Shown: positions 29,746-39,415, counted from the stretch's first letter. The stretch: 64,000 nt of DNA from Alphaproteobacteria bacterium (GCA_965221125.1 CBDCRW010000002.1:1-64000), one strand, 5' to 3'. The notes: generated from the sequence alone by a model not told the origin. Numbers and translations are program-made.

Positions 29746-31225
29746 TCCGGGCGGATTGCAGCCTGCCGGCGCTCCGCGAGAGCGCGGCATCCATGCGGGA
29801 TTCGATTCCGGCGGCGACGTCTGGAAGATCGTGCTGGAGAAGGGCGTGACCCGCATCTCCTTCAAGCCGATACGAGATCATTGGGGCGCCGGGCACGCCG
29901 ACAACGTCAAGCAGGCTGCCCTTGCCTACATGGAAGATCGCTCCCCCGACACCGTGTTGGGGGGCGTCCAGGCCCTCGCAAGAATGGCGCGGGATGTCCC
30001 GGTCGGCGCCACCATCTCTGCGGCGGCTCTCATGGACTACCGGTCGCTGCTCGCTCGCGAGCAACTGCACTATCTGGGCCACGTCGCGGCGTTCCTGAAG
30101 TTCTGGGTCGCACGCGGCTACGCCGGGGTCGACCGCGACGTGCTGCAGTTCTTCAGCAGCATCAAGATACCCGGGAACGTCAAGGGCGCCGCCGTCCGCA
30201 CGCACCACCCCACGAAGGGTCCCTTCACCGATGTGGAGTTGCAGAGCATCACCCTTGCGGCACGCGAGGCGTATGGCGAGGGCCGCGTGAGCAGGCAGGA
30301 CTTCGGCATTCTTCTCACGCTGACCGCAACGGGGGCCCGGCCCGGCCAGCTGTCGATGCTGACTTGTGGCGATCTGGTTCCGCCTGCACCGGGATCGGCC
30401 GCATCTCGCCTCCTGGTGCCGTCTCTCAAGAAGAGGACGCCGAAGCGCCTCACGCGCGAGCGGGTCATCCCTGGCGAGCTTGCCGTTCTGCTTAGGGAAC
30501 TCGTCGAGGAGCGATCCCGCGACGAGCGCTTCCGGGGCATTCCGGTCGACCGGCGTCCGATCTTTGCCGTCGAGGCGACCGCCTTCGCATCGCTCGCGGA
30601 GGCACACATCGGCAGGGGCGGTGCCGGCCGCGCTCTGAGGCGCATCCAGAGCGCGCTCGGCCTTCGGTCGGCGCGCACTGCCGCTCCGATCAACCTGGCG
30701 CCCCGGCGGTTCCGGAGCACTCTCGGGACGCGTGCTGCCGATGTGGGTCACCCTCCTGTTCTGATCGCTCACCTTCTCGATCACACCGACCTCCAGCACG
30801 TCGGCGTGTATGTGGAGTCGCGCGGCTCGATCCAGGACCGCATGGACGCCGCCCTTCATGGCCGGGCGGAGCCGCTGGCCGGGCTGTTCAGGGGCACGAT
30901 CGTTGCGGGCGAGGTCGAATCCGGCGCCGGGGAAGCGCCGTCGCGTCGCGTTGCGTCCGCCGCCGGCGGAGGCGTGGGAACCTGCGCGGGCCCGCGCAGC
31001 TGTGTCCGTCTGGCGCCGCTTGCATGCTACACCTGCGCCGCGTTCCGTCCCTGGCGTGACGCGCCTCACGAGGATCTGCTGCAGTCCCTGGTCGAGGAGC
31101 GCAGGACGCTTCTCGCGGACGGGATCTCCCCGCAGGTGGCCGCCGCCAACGACGCAACCATCATGGCCGTCGCGGAGGTCGCCGATCGTTGCCGCGCGAT
31201 GCGGACGGGGGTGGCTCATGGCTGA
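29738..31225 (+). CDS. Tyrosine recombinase 2 with C-terminal Cys cluster
   Basis: TGARPGQ, RRFRST, LLDH and GVY; GTC...SC...ACYTC tail; overlaps the upstream stop. Confidence 0.88.
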   Translation: MSSPGGLQPAGAPRERGIHAGFDSGGDVWKIVLEKGVTRISFKPIRDHWGAGHADNVKQAALAYMEDRSPDTVLGGVQALARMARDVPVGATISAAALMDYRSLLAREQLHYLGHVAAFLKFWVARGYAGVDRDVLQFFSSIKIPGNVKGAAVRTHHPTKGPFTDVELQSITLAAREAYGEGRVSRQDFGILLTLTATGARPGQLSMLTCGDLVPPAPGSAASRLLVPSLKKRTPKRLTRERVIPGELAVLLRELVEERSRDERFRGIPVDRRPIFAVEATAFASLAEAHIGRGGAGRALRRIQSALGLRSARTAAPINLAPRRFRSTLGTRAADVGHPPVLIAHLLDHTDLQHVGVYVESRGSIQDRMDAALHGRAEPLAGLFRGTIVAGEVESGAGEAPSRRVASAAGGGVGTCAGPRSCVRLAPLACYTCAAFRPWRDAPHEDLLQSLVEERRTLLADGISPQVAAANDATIMAVAEVADRCRAMRTGVAHG

Positions 31226-33272
31226 GCTCGCGCTCTTCCGGCCGGCGGAGGCGCTCGATGCCGAAGCGAGGCTCGCCGAGTTCATCCGTCATGCGCGCGA
31301 CGACCTCACGGTGTTCGGCGCCGAGCTCGACTGGGACGCGCCGAGATGGGAGCTGCGCGGAGTTGCCACTGTGTCGGGCCGCAGCAAGAGCGTGCTTCGC
31401 CTCAACTGGGGTCATCCCCTGAAGAAAGCGCCAAGGTCGATCGAGCACTACGCGCCGTTCGGCGCCCGCAACGCCGACTTCTTCAAGGCGTACCTGCGCT
31501 ACAGGTATGGTCTTGCCCCACAGATGGCCCCTCAGCTGATGCTCTCGGCGATGCGGCATCTCGACAAGACTCTCGCCGAAGCTGGCAAATCGATTGCCGA
31601 CGCGCGGCCCGACGACTTCAACGCCGCCGCCGCGGCCTCTCGCTCTGCTTACAGCCGCCACACTGCGTATCGCGTCGGCCTGCAGCTTCAAGCGATCGCC
31701 GGCTTTCTCGACCATCACGGCCTCGTCGCGCGGCCTCTCGTCTGGACCTGCCCCATCAGGCGGCCGACGAGCTTCGATCGCATCGGCGTCGAACGCGAGC
31801 GGGCTCGGGCCCGGAAACTTCCCTCGGAACGCGCGCTTGCCGCGCTCGGAGAGGCATACCGCCGCGCCGAGCATCCAATGGACGTGATTGCCGCTTCCGC
31901 ATACGCCCTTCTCCTGGTGACGCACAGCCGCATCTCCGAGCTGCACCGGCTCGACGCCTACGATTGCGAAGTGGAGGCCGTCGAGAGCGGCAAGGACCGC
32001 TACGGCCTGCGCTGGTATCCGTCGAAGGGCGGCGAGCCCGAGACGCGCTGGATCCCGAGCGCGTTCGTGCCGCTGGCGAGGGACGCGCTGAAGCGCATTC
32101 GAGACGTCACCGAGCCCGCCCGCGCGCTTGCGCGCAGGTACATGGCCGGCGAGGACATCCTCCCGGGCGACGCCCCGGACGATCCTCTCGCCCGCGAGGG
32201 CTACATCAGCATGAGGAGTCTCGGAACGGCCGCCGATCCGAGGACCGTGCTTGTCGCGCTGCGCAGAAACGGATTCGATGTTCGCGCGGACCACGCAACA
32301 CAGCTGGGCGTCAAGCTCGCAATGAACGCCAAGCTTTATCTCCGCGCGCCGATCGAAGAAGGCTTTCGGGCGGAGCTCCCGCAAGGCTTCCCGCTGGCCG
32401 ATCCCAGATCCGGCCTCGGATACGACCGCGCGCTGCTCGTACGCACCGCTGACATGGCCCGGCAATCGTGCACTCTCTTCTGGCGCCTTTCCTGCGTCTC
32501 GACCAGCGAGATCAAGAACACCATGAACGGGAGAGACTGCACGAGCGATCAAAAGGCTGGATTGTTCGGCCGTCTCGGGCTGGTGGACGACGATGGCGAG
32601 ACCGTCCGCATCACGCCTCACCAGCTGCGCCACTACATGACCACGCTGGCGAACGAGGGGAACCTGTCGCAGCTCGACATCGCGAGATGGGCGGGCCGCA
32701 AGGACATCCGGCACAACGCGTACTACGACCACGAAACCGCCGATTCCCTCGTCTCCAAGGCGCGCTCTCTCGGCGGGGACATCTTCGGCAGCCCGATGAC
32801 GGCAACCCCTCAGCGGCCGGTGACCCCGCGGCAGCTGATCGAGGGCAGTCTCGCCGGGGTGCATCTGACGCGTTACGGCGCCTGCCTGCACGACTTTGCG
32901 GCGTCGCCCTGCCCGATGTACCGGGACTGCCTGAACTGCGTCGAGCACGCCTGCGTCAAGGGAGACGAGCGCGCCGAGCGCGCCCTGCGCGACCGCCTAG
33001 CCGTCATCCAGAAAGCTGTCGCGTCCGCGGAAGAGGCCGCAGCTATCGGCGAAGGCAACTCGGAGATCTGGCTCTCCCGCAAGAGGACCGAGCTTGCGCG
33101 CCTGCGCGAGCTCGTCGCCCTGATCGACGACGCGGCGATCGCGCCGGGCGCCGTCCTGAGGCTCGACGGCGCGGCACGCTATGCGATCGGCGGCGACGGG
33201 GCCGGTTCGGCGAAAGCCCTGCCCGGCCCCGGCCCGGCTCCCGATTCCTTACCCCGGCTACGGAAACCGTGA
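31218..33272 (+). CDS. Tyrosine recombinase 3 (large) with C-terminal Cys cluster
   Basis: HSRISE, HQLRH, WAGR and AYYDH; GACLHD...PCP...CLNC.EHAC; ATG 31218 overlaps the previous stop. Confidence 0.88.
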   Translation: MAELALFRPAEALDAEARLAEFIRHARDDLTVFGAELDWDAPRWELRGVATVSGRSKSVLRLNWGHPLKKAPRSIEHYAPFGARNADFFKAYLRYRYGLAPQMAPQLMLSAMRHLDKTLAEAGKSIADARPDDFNAAAAASRSAYSRHTAYRVGLQLQAIAGFLDHHGLVARPLVWTCPIRRPTSFDRIGVERERARARKLPSERALAALGEAYRRAEHPMDVIAASAYALLLVTHSRISELHRLDAYDCEVEAVESGKDRYGLRWYPSKGGEPETRWIPSAFVPLARDALKRIRDVTEPARALARRYMAGEDILPGDAPDDPLAREGYISMRSLGTAADPRTVLVALRRNGFDVRADHATQLGVKLAMNAKLYLRAPIEEGFRAELPQGFPLADPRSGLGYDRALLVRTADMARQSCTLFWRLSCVSTSEIKNTMNGRDCTSDQKAGLFGRLGLVDDDGETVRITPHQLRHYMTTLANEGNLSQLDIARWAGRKDIRHNAYYDHETADSLVSKARSLGGDIFGSPMTATPQRPVTPRQLIEGSLAGVHLTRYGACLHDFAASPCPMYRDCLNCVEHACVKGDERAERALRDRLAVIQKAVASAEEAAAIGEGNSEIWLSRKRTELARLRELVALIDDAAIAPGAVLRLDGAARYAIGGDGAGSAKALPGPGPAPDSLPRLRKP

Positions 33273-33273
33273 C

Positions 33274-33693
33274 ATGGCCCGGCACCTCACCGAGACCAAC
33301 GTCGAAACGCTCGCCAGGACCATCGGCACGCTCGAGGTGGCCACGTGGGGCGCGGTCGTGAGGCTGGCGCGGCGACGGCTCGGCCACGCCTACTCGCGCC
33401 AGGCGCTGTCCAGGCATGAACGGATAAGGACGGCGCTCGCGGCCCGCAGGGAGCAACTCAGGGGCAGCGGGGCGGGGCGGCGGCCGAGACCGAAGACCGA
33501 CACCGAAGCGGCCCTCCTCGAGCGCATCGATTCCCTGGAAGCGGACCTCTGCCGGCTTCGCGCCGAGAACGAGGCGATGATGACCCGGTTCGCCGTCTGG
33601 GCCTACAACACGCACGTTCTCGGCATTCCCGACCATCGGCTGGACGCTCCGCTTCAGCCGGTCGATCGAGAATATAGCGAGCATGACGCATGA
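33274..33693 (+). CDS. Small HTH/coiled-coil accessory protein (TnpC-like role inferred)
   Basis: TW...YSRQAL.RHERI followed by a coiled coil; directly follows recombinase 3. Confidence 0.7.
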   Translation: MARHLTETNVETLARTIGTLEVATWGAVVRLARRRLGHAYSRQALSRHERIRTALAARREQLRGSGAGRRPRPKTDTEAALLERIDSLEADLCRLRAENEAMMTRFAVWAYNTHVLGIPDHRLDAPLQPVDREYSEHDA

Positions 33694-34229
33694 GCAGGGG
33701 CAGCGGCGCGGAACGCGGCCGGCAGGCGGTGCTGCGCCTGCGCGAAGAGATCGACGCGCGCGAGGCGGCCGGCGAGACCTTGCCCATGAACGGCCGGGCT
33801 CTCCATCTGGCGAAGATCTGCCAGCTGGTCGGGGTTGGCCGGTCGACGGTGACGCAGAACCCGTCCTTCCGCGCCATGCTCAAGGACTACGCCGGCCGGA
33901 AGGGCGTGGCCTTCTCCGCCAGAGGATCGCCGCCCTCCGTGCACGACCGCCAGACCACGGGAGCTGTCGAGGCGCCGGGCGACGCCGGCGGGGAGGCCAT
34001 GGTGCCGGCCTCCCGCCTGCGCGAGGAACAGCGGCGCAGCGCGGCCGCCGAGCGCCGCGTCAGCGAGCTGGTCGCCAGGAACGCGGCGCTCATCGCCCGC
34101 CTGAGGCGCTATGAGGCTACCGATCAAGCGCTGATCGCCGCCGGTCGCCGCTACAGGCCCAGGCCGCCGGAGAAAGAGAACTCCGGCCCCGGACAGAGCC
34201 GCCTTCAGCTCGACGAGACGTCCGAATGA
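33690..34229 (+). CDS. Small HTH/coiled-coil protein
   Basis: LAKICQLVGVGRSTVTQNP HTH-like segment; C-terminal coiled coil; ATGA overlaps on both sides. Confidence 0.7.
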   Translation: MSRGSGAERGRQAVLRLREEIDAREAAGETLPMNGRALHLAKICQLVGVGRSTVTQNPSFRAMLKDYAGRKGVAFSARGSPPSVHDRQTTGAVEAPGDAGGEAMVPASRLREEQRRSAAAERRVSELVARNAALIARLRRYEATDQALIAAGRRYRPRPPEKENSGPGQSRLQLDETSE

Positions 34230-36205
34230 GCCGGCCGGGCGCAGCCGCCCGTGCCGCCGTCGAGGCCCCGATGCCGCGAAGGCCCGGCGCGCTCGCGGCG
34301 TACCTTGCCGAGGACCGGGACTTCCGCGGCATCGGCCCCGCGAAGGCCGCTGCCCTGGCAGCCGCATTCGGCGACGGCCTGCGTAACGCGCTCGACCGGA
34401 AACATCCCGAGGTCACCGCCATCCTCGGCGAGGAAACCGCCACCAACGCGTTCGCGGCCTACGAGTTGAAGAGCCCCGAGATCGAGCTTCTCGACTGGCT
34501 GGAAAGCCGGGGGGTCGCCCCCGCTGTCGGGACGCGTACCGCGATCAGGATCGCCCGCTGCTGGGGCCATGACGGCATCGACGCCCTGAAGGACAATCCC
34601 TACCTCCTCGCGAGCTTCCTGCCCTGGCCTGCAACCGACAGGGTCTGCCGCGCTCTCGGCGTCGCGCCCGACGATCCCCGCCGCGCCGTCGCCGCCGTCG
34701 AGGCCACCCTCTACCGCCGCCTCGACCGGAACCATACATGGACGTCCCGCGCCTCGGCAGAGGCCGGGGCCGCGAAGCTGCTCACCGGCGTAGCGGCTCC
34801 GGACGGCAGCCCTGCCGGACCCTGGGCGGTCGAGAGCGCCGTCGAAGCCGGCGGCGCCGAGCCCTTCGAGGACGGCGTTCAGCCCATGGGCGCGGCCGCC
34901 ATGGAGGCCTTCCTTGCCGAAGAGCTCGCACGCTTCGCCGCCGAAGTTCCGGCGTCCGACCTGGCCTTGCCAGCTGTTGCCGGCGAGGAGATCGGGCACG
35001 CCGTTGACGAGTATGAACGCCGCCGGCCGCACCGCCTCACGGGCCCGCAGAAAGCCGCCATCGCGGGCGCCTTCCGGCACCGGCTGTCGGTGCTGGGCGG
35101 CTATGCCGGCTCCGGCAAGACCACGTCCCTGCGCGGCATCTGCGAGCTGGCGGAACGCTTCGGCCGCGACACCGTGCTCATCGCGCTCTCGGGCCGCGCG
35201 GCGCAGCGCATGGCCCAATCGGCGGGGCGCCCCGCGATGACGATCGCCCGCTTCCTCAAGGAGACCTCCGGCGGCGCGGGTGCGCGCTTGCATGCAGGCA
35301 ACATCGTCATCGTCGACGAGGCGTCCATGGTCGACCTTCCCCTGCTCTGGCAGGTGGTGAGACGCATCGGGGACGCCTCCCTCGTTCTCGTCGGCGATCC
35401 CGCGCAGCTTCCGCCCATCGGCTTCGGCCTGACCTTCCACGTGCTCATCGAACATCCCGCCATCCCGAAGACCGTCCTCGACCGCGTGATGCGTCAATCG
35501 GCCGAGACCGGGATACCGGTCGTGGCCGAGGCCATTCGCAACGGCCGCCGCCCGGAGCTCGGCCCCTTCCGCGGCCTGGCGCCGGGGGTGACGTTCATCG
35601 ACGCCGCCCCGGAGGAGGCGTTCGACGTCATCTTCGATGCCGGCGCGCGGCTCGCCAAGAACGGATTGCGCCGGGGCGACGCTCAGATCGTCGCGCCGGT
35701 CAACGCAGGACCGGCGGGCATCCTCGCCATCAACCGCCGGTTCCACGAACTGCGGATGCAGGGCAGCGCCCATACCCCCCGTCTCGTTCCCGGCCGTGCC
35801 GACATCGCCGAAGGCGATCCCGTCATCTGGACCCGCAACGACTACGAGCGCGACCTCATGAACGGCTCCACCGGCCGTATCGTCGAAGCGCACCGGGACC
35901 ATGCGACGGCGGTCATCGACAGCCAGGAGCACCGGCTGGGCGCCGCCGACGCCACCAACATCGAGCTCGCCTACGCGATCTCCGTGCACAAGGCGCAGGG
36001 CTCGCAGTGGCCCCTGGTGATCGTGCCCGTCTACCGGTCCAGGATCCTCGACAGAACGCTGATCTACACCGCGGCCACGCGGGCCTCGGAGCAGGTCGTC
36101 TTCGTCGGAGACCGAAACGTCTTCGACGCTGCCGTCGCAACGGCGCCAAGGAATCTGAAGCGCGACATCACCCTGGCGTCGCGCTTGAGATCGATCGGGC
36201 AATGA
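34226..36205 (+). CDS. RecD2-like SF1B helicase
   Basis: HhH RGIGPAKA; GYAGSGKTT, VDEASM, GDPAQLPPIG, MRQ and AYAISVHKAQGSQW. Confidence 0.9.
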   Translation: MSRPGAAARAAVEAPMPRRPGALAAYLAEDRDFRGIGPAKAAALAAAFGDGLRNALDRKHPEVTAILGEETATNAFAAYELKSPEIELLDWLESRGVAPAVGTRTAIRIARCWGHDGIDALKDNPYLLASFLPWPATDRVCRALGVAPDDPRRAVAAVEATLYRRLDRNHTWTSRASAEAGAAKLLTGVAAPDGSPAGPWAVESAVEAGGAEPFEDGVQPMGAAAMEAFLAEELARFAAEVPASDLALPAVAGEEIGHAVDEYERRRPHRLTGPQKAAIAGAFRHRLSVLGGYAGSGKTTSLRGICELAERFGRDTVLIALSGRAAQRMAQSAGRPAMTIARFLKETSGGAGARLHAGNIVIVDEASMVDLPLLWQVVRRIGDASLVLVGDPAQLPPIGFGLTFHVLIEHPAIPKTVLDRVMRQSAETGIPVVAEAIRNGRRPELGPFRGLAPGVTFIDAAPEEAFDVIFDAGARLAKNGLRRGDAQIVAPVNAGPAGILAINRRFHELRMQGSAHTPRLVPGRADIAEGDPVIWTRNDYERDLMNGSTGRIVEAHRDHATAVIDSQEHRLGAADATNIELAYAISVHKAQGSQWPLVIVPVYRSRILDRTLIYTAATRASEQVVFVGDRNVFDAAVATAPRNLKRDITLASRLRSIGQ

Positions 36206-36509
36206 CCTCGTTCAGCGACACCCGCCTGCCGGCTGGCCCCATCGCGCCCTGATCGCCCCCATCCCGCGCCCCCCTGATCAAAACTGCGCCCTGGCGGCTT
36301 CCAATGCCGGCGCACGCCCGGCCGCAGCCGGCCTCTCGTCGCGTGCGATCCGTGAAGCCGTCGGCTACCTGTCGGCCACCGGGGCGCCGGGCCTGGCAGA
36401 GGTGGAGAGTGGCTGGAGGAGGATGAACGGAGAAGGGCGGGGAGAGAGATCCCCCGGCCCGCTTCGTTCCGCAACCATCGTCAGAAACTCGGATGAACAG
36501 GAGACGATC

Positions 36510-36929
36510 ATGAGCTTCGGGATGAACAGGGCTGAGCTCATCGGACGCTTGGGCGCCGATGCGACCATCACCAATCTCACGTCCGGCGGGCGCGTCGCCA
36601 ATATGAGCGTGGCGACCGACGAGGGGTACATCGACAAGACCGGCGAGCGCGTCGATCGCGTGGAATGGCACAAGGCGGTGACCTTCCAGGACGGGCTCAT
36701 CGGCATGCTCGAAAAGCACGCGAAGAAGGGTCGCCTGGTCTACGTCAGCGGCAAGCTCCAGACGCGCAGGTGGCGGAAGGAGGGCGAGGACAGCGACCGC
36801 TTCTCCACCGAGATCCTGCTGGTGCCCGGTTCGCGGATCCAGTTCCTCGAGCGCACCAACGGCACCGCCGCCACCCAGGACGACCGCCGGCCGGCAGAAG
36901 CCGGCCATGCCTCCGATTCGCCGTTCTAG
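36510..36929 (+). CDS. ssb: Single-stranded DNA-binding protein (element-borne copy)
   Basis: Close paralogue of 27909-28364; RBS AGGAG; ends DSPF. Confidence 0.93.
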   Translation: MSFGMNRAELIGRLGADATITNLTSGGRVANMSVATDEGYIDKTGERVDRVEWHKAVTFQDGLIGMLEKHAKKGRLVYVSGKLQTRRWRKEGEDSDRFSTEILLVPGSRIQFLERTNGTAATQDDRRPAEAGHASDSPF

Positions 36930-37019
36930 GAGCATGATCGCCGTCTACTCCCGATCGGGCCGGCGCTTCGCGCGTCGGCCCGTCCTTCCTGGCCTCGCAT
37001 CGGGTGCCGACGACAAAAG

Positions 37020-37068
37020 TGTAAACAATGTCGCCCATATCGGGCCAATCTCGGCGGCATTGTTTACA
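37020..37068. repeat. 16-bp inverted repeat near the element's right end
   Basis: TGTAAACAATGTCGCC ... GGCGGCATTGTTTACA (15/16). Confidence 0.75.
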
Positions 37069-37192
37069 AGAGATCCGCACGGAAGGGCACCGGAACACCA
37101 AAAGATCGTTGTGAATCAAACCACTCACTCAAACGTTACACGGTCCAACTTCCCATAACCGTTCTAGGCGGGTCCCTCCCTCCCGCTGACCC

Positions 37193-37236
37193 TGGCCGGT
37201 GCCGCGTCCCTCCCTGCGCGGCATCGGCCATTTTTT
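37193..37236 (+). terminator. Intrinsic terminator, probably the original ssb terminator displaced by the insertion
   Basis: TGGCCGGTGCCGCG-loop-CGCGGCATCGGCCA-TTTTTT about 25 bp after the orphan CCG TTC TAG. Confidence 0.8.
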
Positions 37237-37439
37237 CTGCAGCCCATTCAGAGCCGTCTCCGGCCGGACGGCACGGCTCGCGCTTCGCGCGTCGCCCGCC
37301 GTCCCGGCACCCCCAGGAGCCGAGAGGGGCCGGGACCCTGGCGCTCCCCCGGCAGCCGCGAGCGAGGTGCTCCCATGCTCTCCGATCCCGTCCATCGTCC
37401 CGGCCGCGCCAGTGCCGTCATGCGCGCCGGAGGCGCGCC

Positions 37440-38453
37440 ATGAACGCCACCGCCATCGCCGCAGCCCTCGGCGCGCGCGCCGAGGAGGTCTGCCGCCGCT
37501 ACCTCCCCCACGGCCGCAAGAACGGCCGCTACTGGACCGCCGGCGACATTCGCGGCGCCAAGGGGCGCTCGCTCTTCGTCCGCCTCTCACCGCCCGGCGT
37601 CCCCGGCAAGTGGACCGATGCCGCCGAGGGAACGCACGGCGACCTGCTCGACCTCATCCGCATCGCCTCCGGCGCGGGCTCCCTCCGCGCCGCCCTCGCC
37701 GAGGCGCGCGCCTTCCTCTCCCTGCCGCCCGCGGCCGCCGCTGCCGCCTCCGACACCTACGACCGCACGGAGGCGGCGCGCCGCCTGTGGCAGCGCTGCC
37801 GCGCCATCGACGGCACTCATGCCGAGGCCTATCTCCACGCCCGGGCGATCCACCGCTGCCGCTTCCCCGCGCTCCGCTTCCACCCCGCGCTCTTCTACCG
37901 CGACGGCGGCGCCATGCGCCGCCTGCCGGCGCTGGTCGCCGCCGTCACCGGCGCCGCAGGGGAACACCCTGGTCACGGCTCCATCACCGGCGTCCACCGC
38001 ACCTGGCTCGATCCCTTGCGGCCGGCCAAGGCGCCCGTGGCGCGTCCGCGCAAGGCGCTCGGCCGCGTCCACGGACTGGCCGTTCGCTTCGGCGGCTCGG
38101 GGCCCGCCACGCTGCTGGTGGGCGAGGGCATCGAGACGGTGCTCTCGCTGGTCACCGCCATGCCGGACACCGTCGCCGCCGCCGCGCTGTCTGCCGGCAG
38201 TCTCGGCGCGTTCGCGCCTCCTGCCGGCACCGCCCGGCTCGTCATCGCCCGCGACAACGACCCCGAAGGCGAGCGGGCGGCCGAACGCCTTGCCCGCCGC
38301 TGTGCGCGGGCCGGCGTCCCCGCCCATGTCCTCGTTCCCGAAGGCGCAGACTTCAACGACGACCTGCTCGCGCTCGGCTCCGCCGCGCTACGCGCGCGCC
38401 TCGCGCCCCTCTTCCGCTTCGCGGGAGAGAGAGGAGAGCAGGAGTCGGTGTGA
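37440..38453 (+). CDS. Primase-like TOPRIM domain protein
   Basis: GKWTDAAEG.HGDLLDLI, GVHRTWL, VGEGIET, ARDND and DFND. Confidence 0.88.
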   Translation: MNATAIAAALGARAEEVCRRYLPHGRKNGRYWTAGDIRGAKGRSLFVRLSPPGVPGKWTDAAEGTHGDLLDLIRIASGAGSLRAALAEARAFLSLPPAAAAAASDTYDRTEAARRLWQRCRAIDGTHAEAYLHARAIHRCRFPALRFHPALFYRDGGAMRRLPALVAAVTGAAGEHPGHGSITGVHRTWLDPLRPAKAPVARPRKALGRVHGLAVRFGGSGPATLLVGEGIETVLSLVTAMPDTVAAAALSAGSLGAFAPPAGTARLVIARDNDPEGERAAERLARRCARAGVPAHVLVPEGADFNDDLLALGSAALRARLAPLFRFAGERGEQESV

Positions 38454-38505
38454 ACAGGGCGAAGGAAGAGAGAACCCGCCCGCCAGGCACGAAGGGAGCA
38501 CCCGG

Positions 38506-38742
38506 ATGGGACGCTATCGCACCGATCTCACCTTCCGGCGCATCACGCCGGAGGAATCCCGCATCTACCAGGACGGCACCATCGTCGGCGAGGTCTACCG
38601 GCAGGAAGACGTCCTGAATGCGGGCTCGCACTACTACGTCATTCACCTGTCGGAGGACCATCGCGGCCCCGTCAAGGTCCACGACCGCGCGCGCATCCGC
38701 GCCGAGGCCCAGCGCCTCGTCGACACGCATCCCCTCTGGTGA
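38506..38742 (+). CDS. Hypothetical protein
   Basis: RBS GGGAG; MGRYRTDLTFRRIT... Confidence 0.6.
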   Translation: MGRYRTDLTFRRITPEESRIYQDGTIVGEVYRQEDVLNAGSHYYVIHLSEDHRGPVKVHDRARIRAEAQRLVDTHPLW

Positions 38743-38970
38743 GCGCCATGACGCTCGTGCCGGGGAACCGCCTTCCGGCGGTCGCGGCCAGGGCCGCGAA
38801 GCGGCTGCCGCCGCTCAGGAGTGGGGAGGGACTGCCCCCCGTCGTGACGCTTTATTGTCCCACGCCGTGCTCCTCCCTCAACCCCGCCAAGCGGCGGGGT
38901 CCTCCGCTTCGCTTCGGCCTCTCGCAAGGGCCCGGCCGCGCGCGCGCCAAGATTCAAGCGCGCGCGGCCT

Positions 38971-39320
38971 GTCTAGGGCGGGCCGTGAAAGTCGCCGACC
39001 GTGAAGTTGGCTTACGCGAACTCTCCACCGCTTCGCGTGAGGCACGCCGGCCCCTGAAGAGCGGGGCCGGCGCGTCGGCGCAGCGCTCCCTGCCCCCGGC
39101 GACTCGAACGGCTCGCCGCCCGGCGCTGATAGAGCGCCGGATCGGCGTCCGTCCGGTCGCCTCGATGCCCACTCATAACGCGGCTCAAGAACCCGAGGCA
39201 CTGCGCGCGCGGAACCACGCGCGCGCGGCGCCTCGCATCGCGCTGCGCCTCCCCAGGCCCGCAGAACGCCAACTTCCGCACCGAAATCGGCGACTTTCCG
39301 CACCGACTCCCGCCCAAGAC
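38971..39320. promoter_or_regulatory. Long fold-back structure, candidate ssDNA promoter (Frpo-like) or single-strand origin
   Basis: Nested complementary pairs GTCTAGGGCGGG/CCCGCCCAAGAC, GAAAGTCGCCGA/TCGGCGACTTTC and GAAGTTGGC/GCCAACTTC. Confidence 0.55.
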
Positions 39321-39415
39321 ACCCTACCGAGAGGTGAGTCGTGCGCGCGCCGTGAGCCAACAAAAGCATCACGACGGGGCACAGGGTCCCGGAGGATGAA
39401 CAGAAGGAGAGCGTC

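Larger units (their letters stand above)
28362..37158 (+). mobile_element. Three-tyrosine-recombinase element inserted at the ssb Pro-Phe-stop codons
   Basis: Inverted arms TAAGGGGAAGTT (28362-28373) and AACTTCCCATAA (37147-37158) match 10/12. Flanking cores are CCCTTC (28356-28361) and CCGTTC (37159-37164, followed by TAG). Confidence 0.75.

Noticed and set aside
27909-36929. The two ssb genes as direct repeats bounding the insertion
   Set aside because: The copies are diverged with different tails, and the inverted arm and core lie at 37147-37164, placing the second ssb inside the element.
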